DNA from: an uncultured Collinsella sp.
GTDB taxonomy: Bacteria > Actinomycetota > Coriobacteriia > Coriobacteriales > Coriobacteriaceae
Length of the DNA stretch: 64,000 nt
Assembly: GCA_959027945.1 (NCBI GenBank)
Contig: CAUFRO010000001.1
Location: 15,260-79,259, forward strand
Reading direction: 5' to 3'
Shown here piece after piece: positions 62,537-64,000 of the stretch (within the stretch, counting starts at the first letter, position 1; every line of letters begins with the position of its first letter). The position numbers and the translations under genes are program-made. Below the pieces are notes generated by a model. The model did not search any database, was not told the DNA's origin, and was given only the letters and a program-made list of their open reading frames with translations.

Positions 62537-63589
62537 GTGAAAACGGGTATTTCGATTTATCTTTCCAGCCCTCTGCAGGATATTGAGCGGACAATTGAGC
62601 GTGGTGCCGCGGCGGGTGCGCGCTATGCGTTCACCTCGCTGCATATTCCCGAGGATGGGGGAGCGGCGTATGCCGATAAGGTCCGTCATGTGCTGTCGCT
62701 GCTTTCCGCCCGCGGCATTGCGCTCATTGCCGATGTGGGGCCTCGCACGTGCGATTTGCTCGGGCTTGAGCGCATCGAGGACCTGCGCGATCTGGGGTTG
62801 GAATACCTTCGTTTGGACTATGGCTTTAGCGCCCAGCGGGTCGCGGAGCTGTCCGGTGTATTTCGCATTGTGGTCAATGCATCGACGGTGAGTTCTGATG
62901 AAATCGCATCGTGGCGTGAGGCCGGTGCCGATGTGACTCGTTTTGCCGCCTGCCACAATTTTTACCCCAAGCCTTATACCGGTTTAGCTCTGGAGGACAT
63001 TGCTCGGGTGAATCTTCGTCTTGCGGCGCTTGGATTCGAAATCATGGCTTTTGTGCCGGGTGATGCCAACGTTCGCGGGCCGGTATTCGAGGGACTGCCG
63101 ACGGTCGAGGCACAGCGCGGTCGCGCGTCAAAGGTTGCTCTCAATATGCTTGAGCTTGCACATGGCGCCGATTGCGACATTGTGTTGGCCGGCGACCCCG
63201 ATCTTTCCGATGCGGGCTGGACGCAGTTTGCTCATGTTTCCGCCGGATACGTGGACCTGCAATGCGAGCTTGAGCCCGGTTATGCCTATGTACGTGGGCA
63301 GATTCATCACGACCGACCCGATTCGAGCACCCTCATCTTTAGGTCTCAGGAGTCGCGTACGACGCTTAAGCCGGATTCCGTGCCGATGGATGCCGGTGCC
63401 GGCCTGTCACGAAAGACGGGGTCGATCGCTGTGAGCAATAGCGGCTATGGGCGCTACGAAGGCGAGCTTGAGATTGCGCGGGTCGATCTTCCCGGTGACG
63501 AGCGCATGAACGTTGCGGGCCATATCACGCCCGAGGCAATGGAGCTGCTGCCGTTCATCAAACGCGGATTCGGAGTACGGTTCGTTTAG
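62537..63589 (+). CDS. mupG: MupG/DUF871 6-phospho-N-acetylmuramidase
   Basis: GISIY, FTSLHIPE, LRLDYG, NAST, HNFYP..YTGL, RGP..EGLPT.E, RYEGELEI. Confidence 0.85.
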   Translation: MKTGISIYLSSPLQDIERTIERGAAAGARYAFTSLHIPEDGGAAYADKVRHVLSLLSARGIALIADVGPRTCDLLGLERIEDLRDLGLEYLRLDYGFSAQRVAELSGVFRIVVNASTVSSDEIASWREAGADVTRFAACHNFYPKPYTGLALEDIARVNLRLAALGFEIMAFVPGDANVRGPVFEGLPTVEAQRGRASKVALNMLELAHGADCDIVLAGDPDLSDAGWTQFAHVSAGYVDLQCELEPGYAYVRGQIHHDRPDSSTLIFRSQESRTTLKPDSVPMDAGAGLSRKTGSIAVSNSGYGRYEGELEIARVDLPGDERMNVAGHITPEAMELLPFIKRGFGVRFV

Positions 63590-63681
63590 CGTGTGACCCG
63601 TGGGCTACAATTGGCCCATCATGCGAAGGCGCCTCGTGTGGCGTGTGCCTGCGTTGGCCGATCTATATTCGGAGGATTTCC

Positions 63682-64000
63682 ATGACCGTACTGTTTGTTG
63701 AATATCCCAAGTGCTCGACCTGTAAGAAGGCCAAGGCATGGCTGGACGAACACGGGGTAGAGTATATCGACCGCGATATCGTTTTGGATAATCCCACGGC
63801 TGATGAGCTTGCGACCTGGATTGCTCGTTCGGGGCTGCCGGTGCGGCGCTTCTTTAATTCGTCGGGCATGAAATATCGAGAGCTGGGCCTGAAGGCGCGT
63901 CTGGATGCGGGCATGACGGATCGGGAGTGCTACGAGCTGCTGGCGACCGACGGCATGCTGGTCAAGCGTCCGCTGCTGGTGGGCGACGACTTTGCGATTC
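63682..64000 (+). CDS. ArsC/Spx-MgsR family protein (partial, runs off window end)
   Basis: Read by hand: MTVLFVEYPKCSTCKKAKAWL...FFNSSGMKYREL...GMLVKRPLL. Confidence 0.88.
   Translation, partial: MTVLFVEYPKCSTCKKAKAWLDEHGVEYIDRDIVLDNPTADELATWIARSGLPVRRFFNSSGMKYRELGLKARLDAGMTDRECYELLATDGMLVKRPLLVGDDFAI

Overview
GC-rich chromosomal segment, most consistent with a gut Coriobacteriia (Collinsella-like; inferred from gene content and sequence style, not from a database search). In order: the end of a selenium-dependent molybdenum-hydroxylase/purine-pyrimidine catabolism cluster (mocA-like, hydA, yqeC, yqeB, xdhC); a spc+alpha ribosomal cluster that unusually starts at rplE (rplE...rplQ, truA); housekeeping genes (GT2-like, argR, class A PBP, U32, tyrS, ade, two HAD phosphatases, citrate synthase, ACT protein); accessory island 1 (~29.2-36.06 kb: dead tyrosine integrase, XRE+DUF2975-like pair, unusual ABC exporters); rpmE-secA-prfB-yitT-split transketolase; accessory island 2 (~44.05-52.96 kb: ECF sigma/ABC module, a HigB / HigA-IrrE / Beta-like / sce7726-like cassette, prophage and helicase debris); ftsEX, rnr, an orphan serine resolvase, vanZ-like, a murR-murQ-murP-mupG operon and a partial ArsC/Spx gene. 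Best candidate new system: the autoregulated four-gene cassette at 48.1-51.5 kb, a putative anti-phage module. Other notable signals: RF2 has SPT instead of SPF while core genes almost never stop with TGA; an identical 20-bp sequence marks the right edge of both islands; several families of intergenic palindromes and repeats. No rRNA, tRNA or CRISPR array was recognised.
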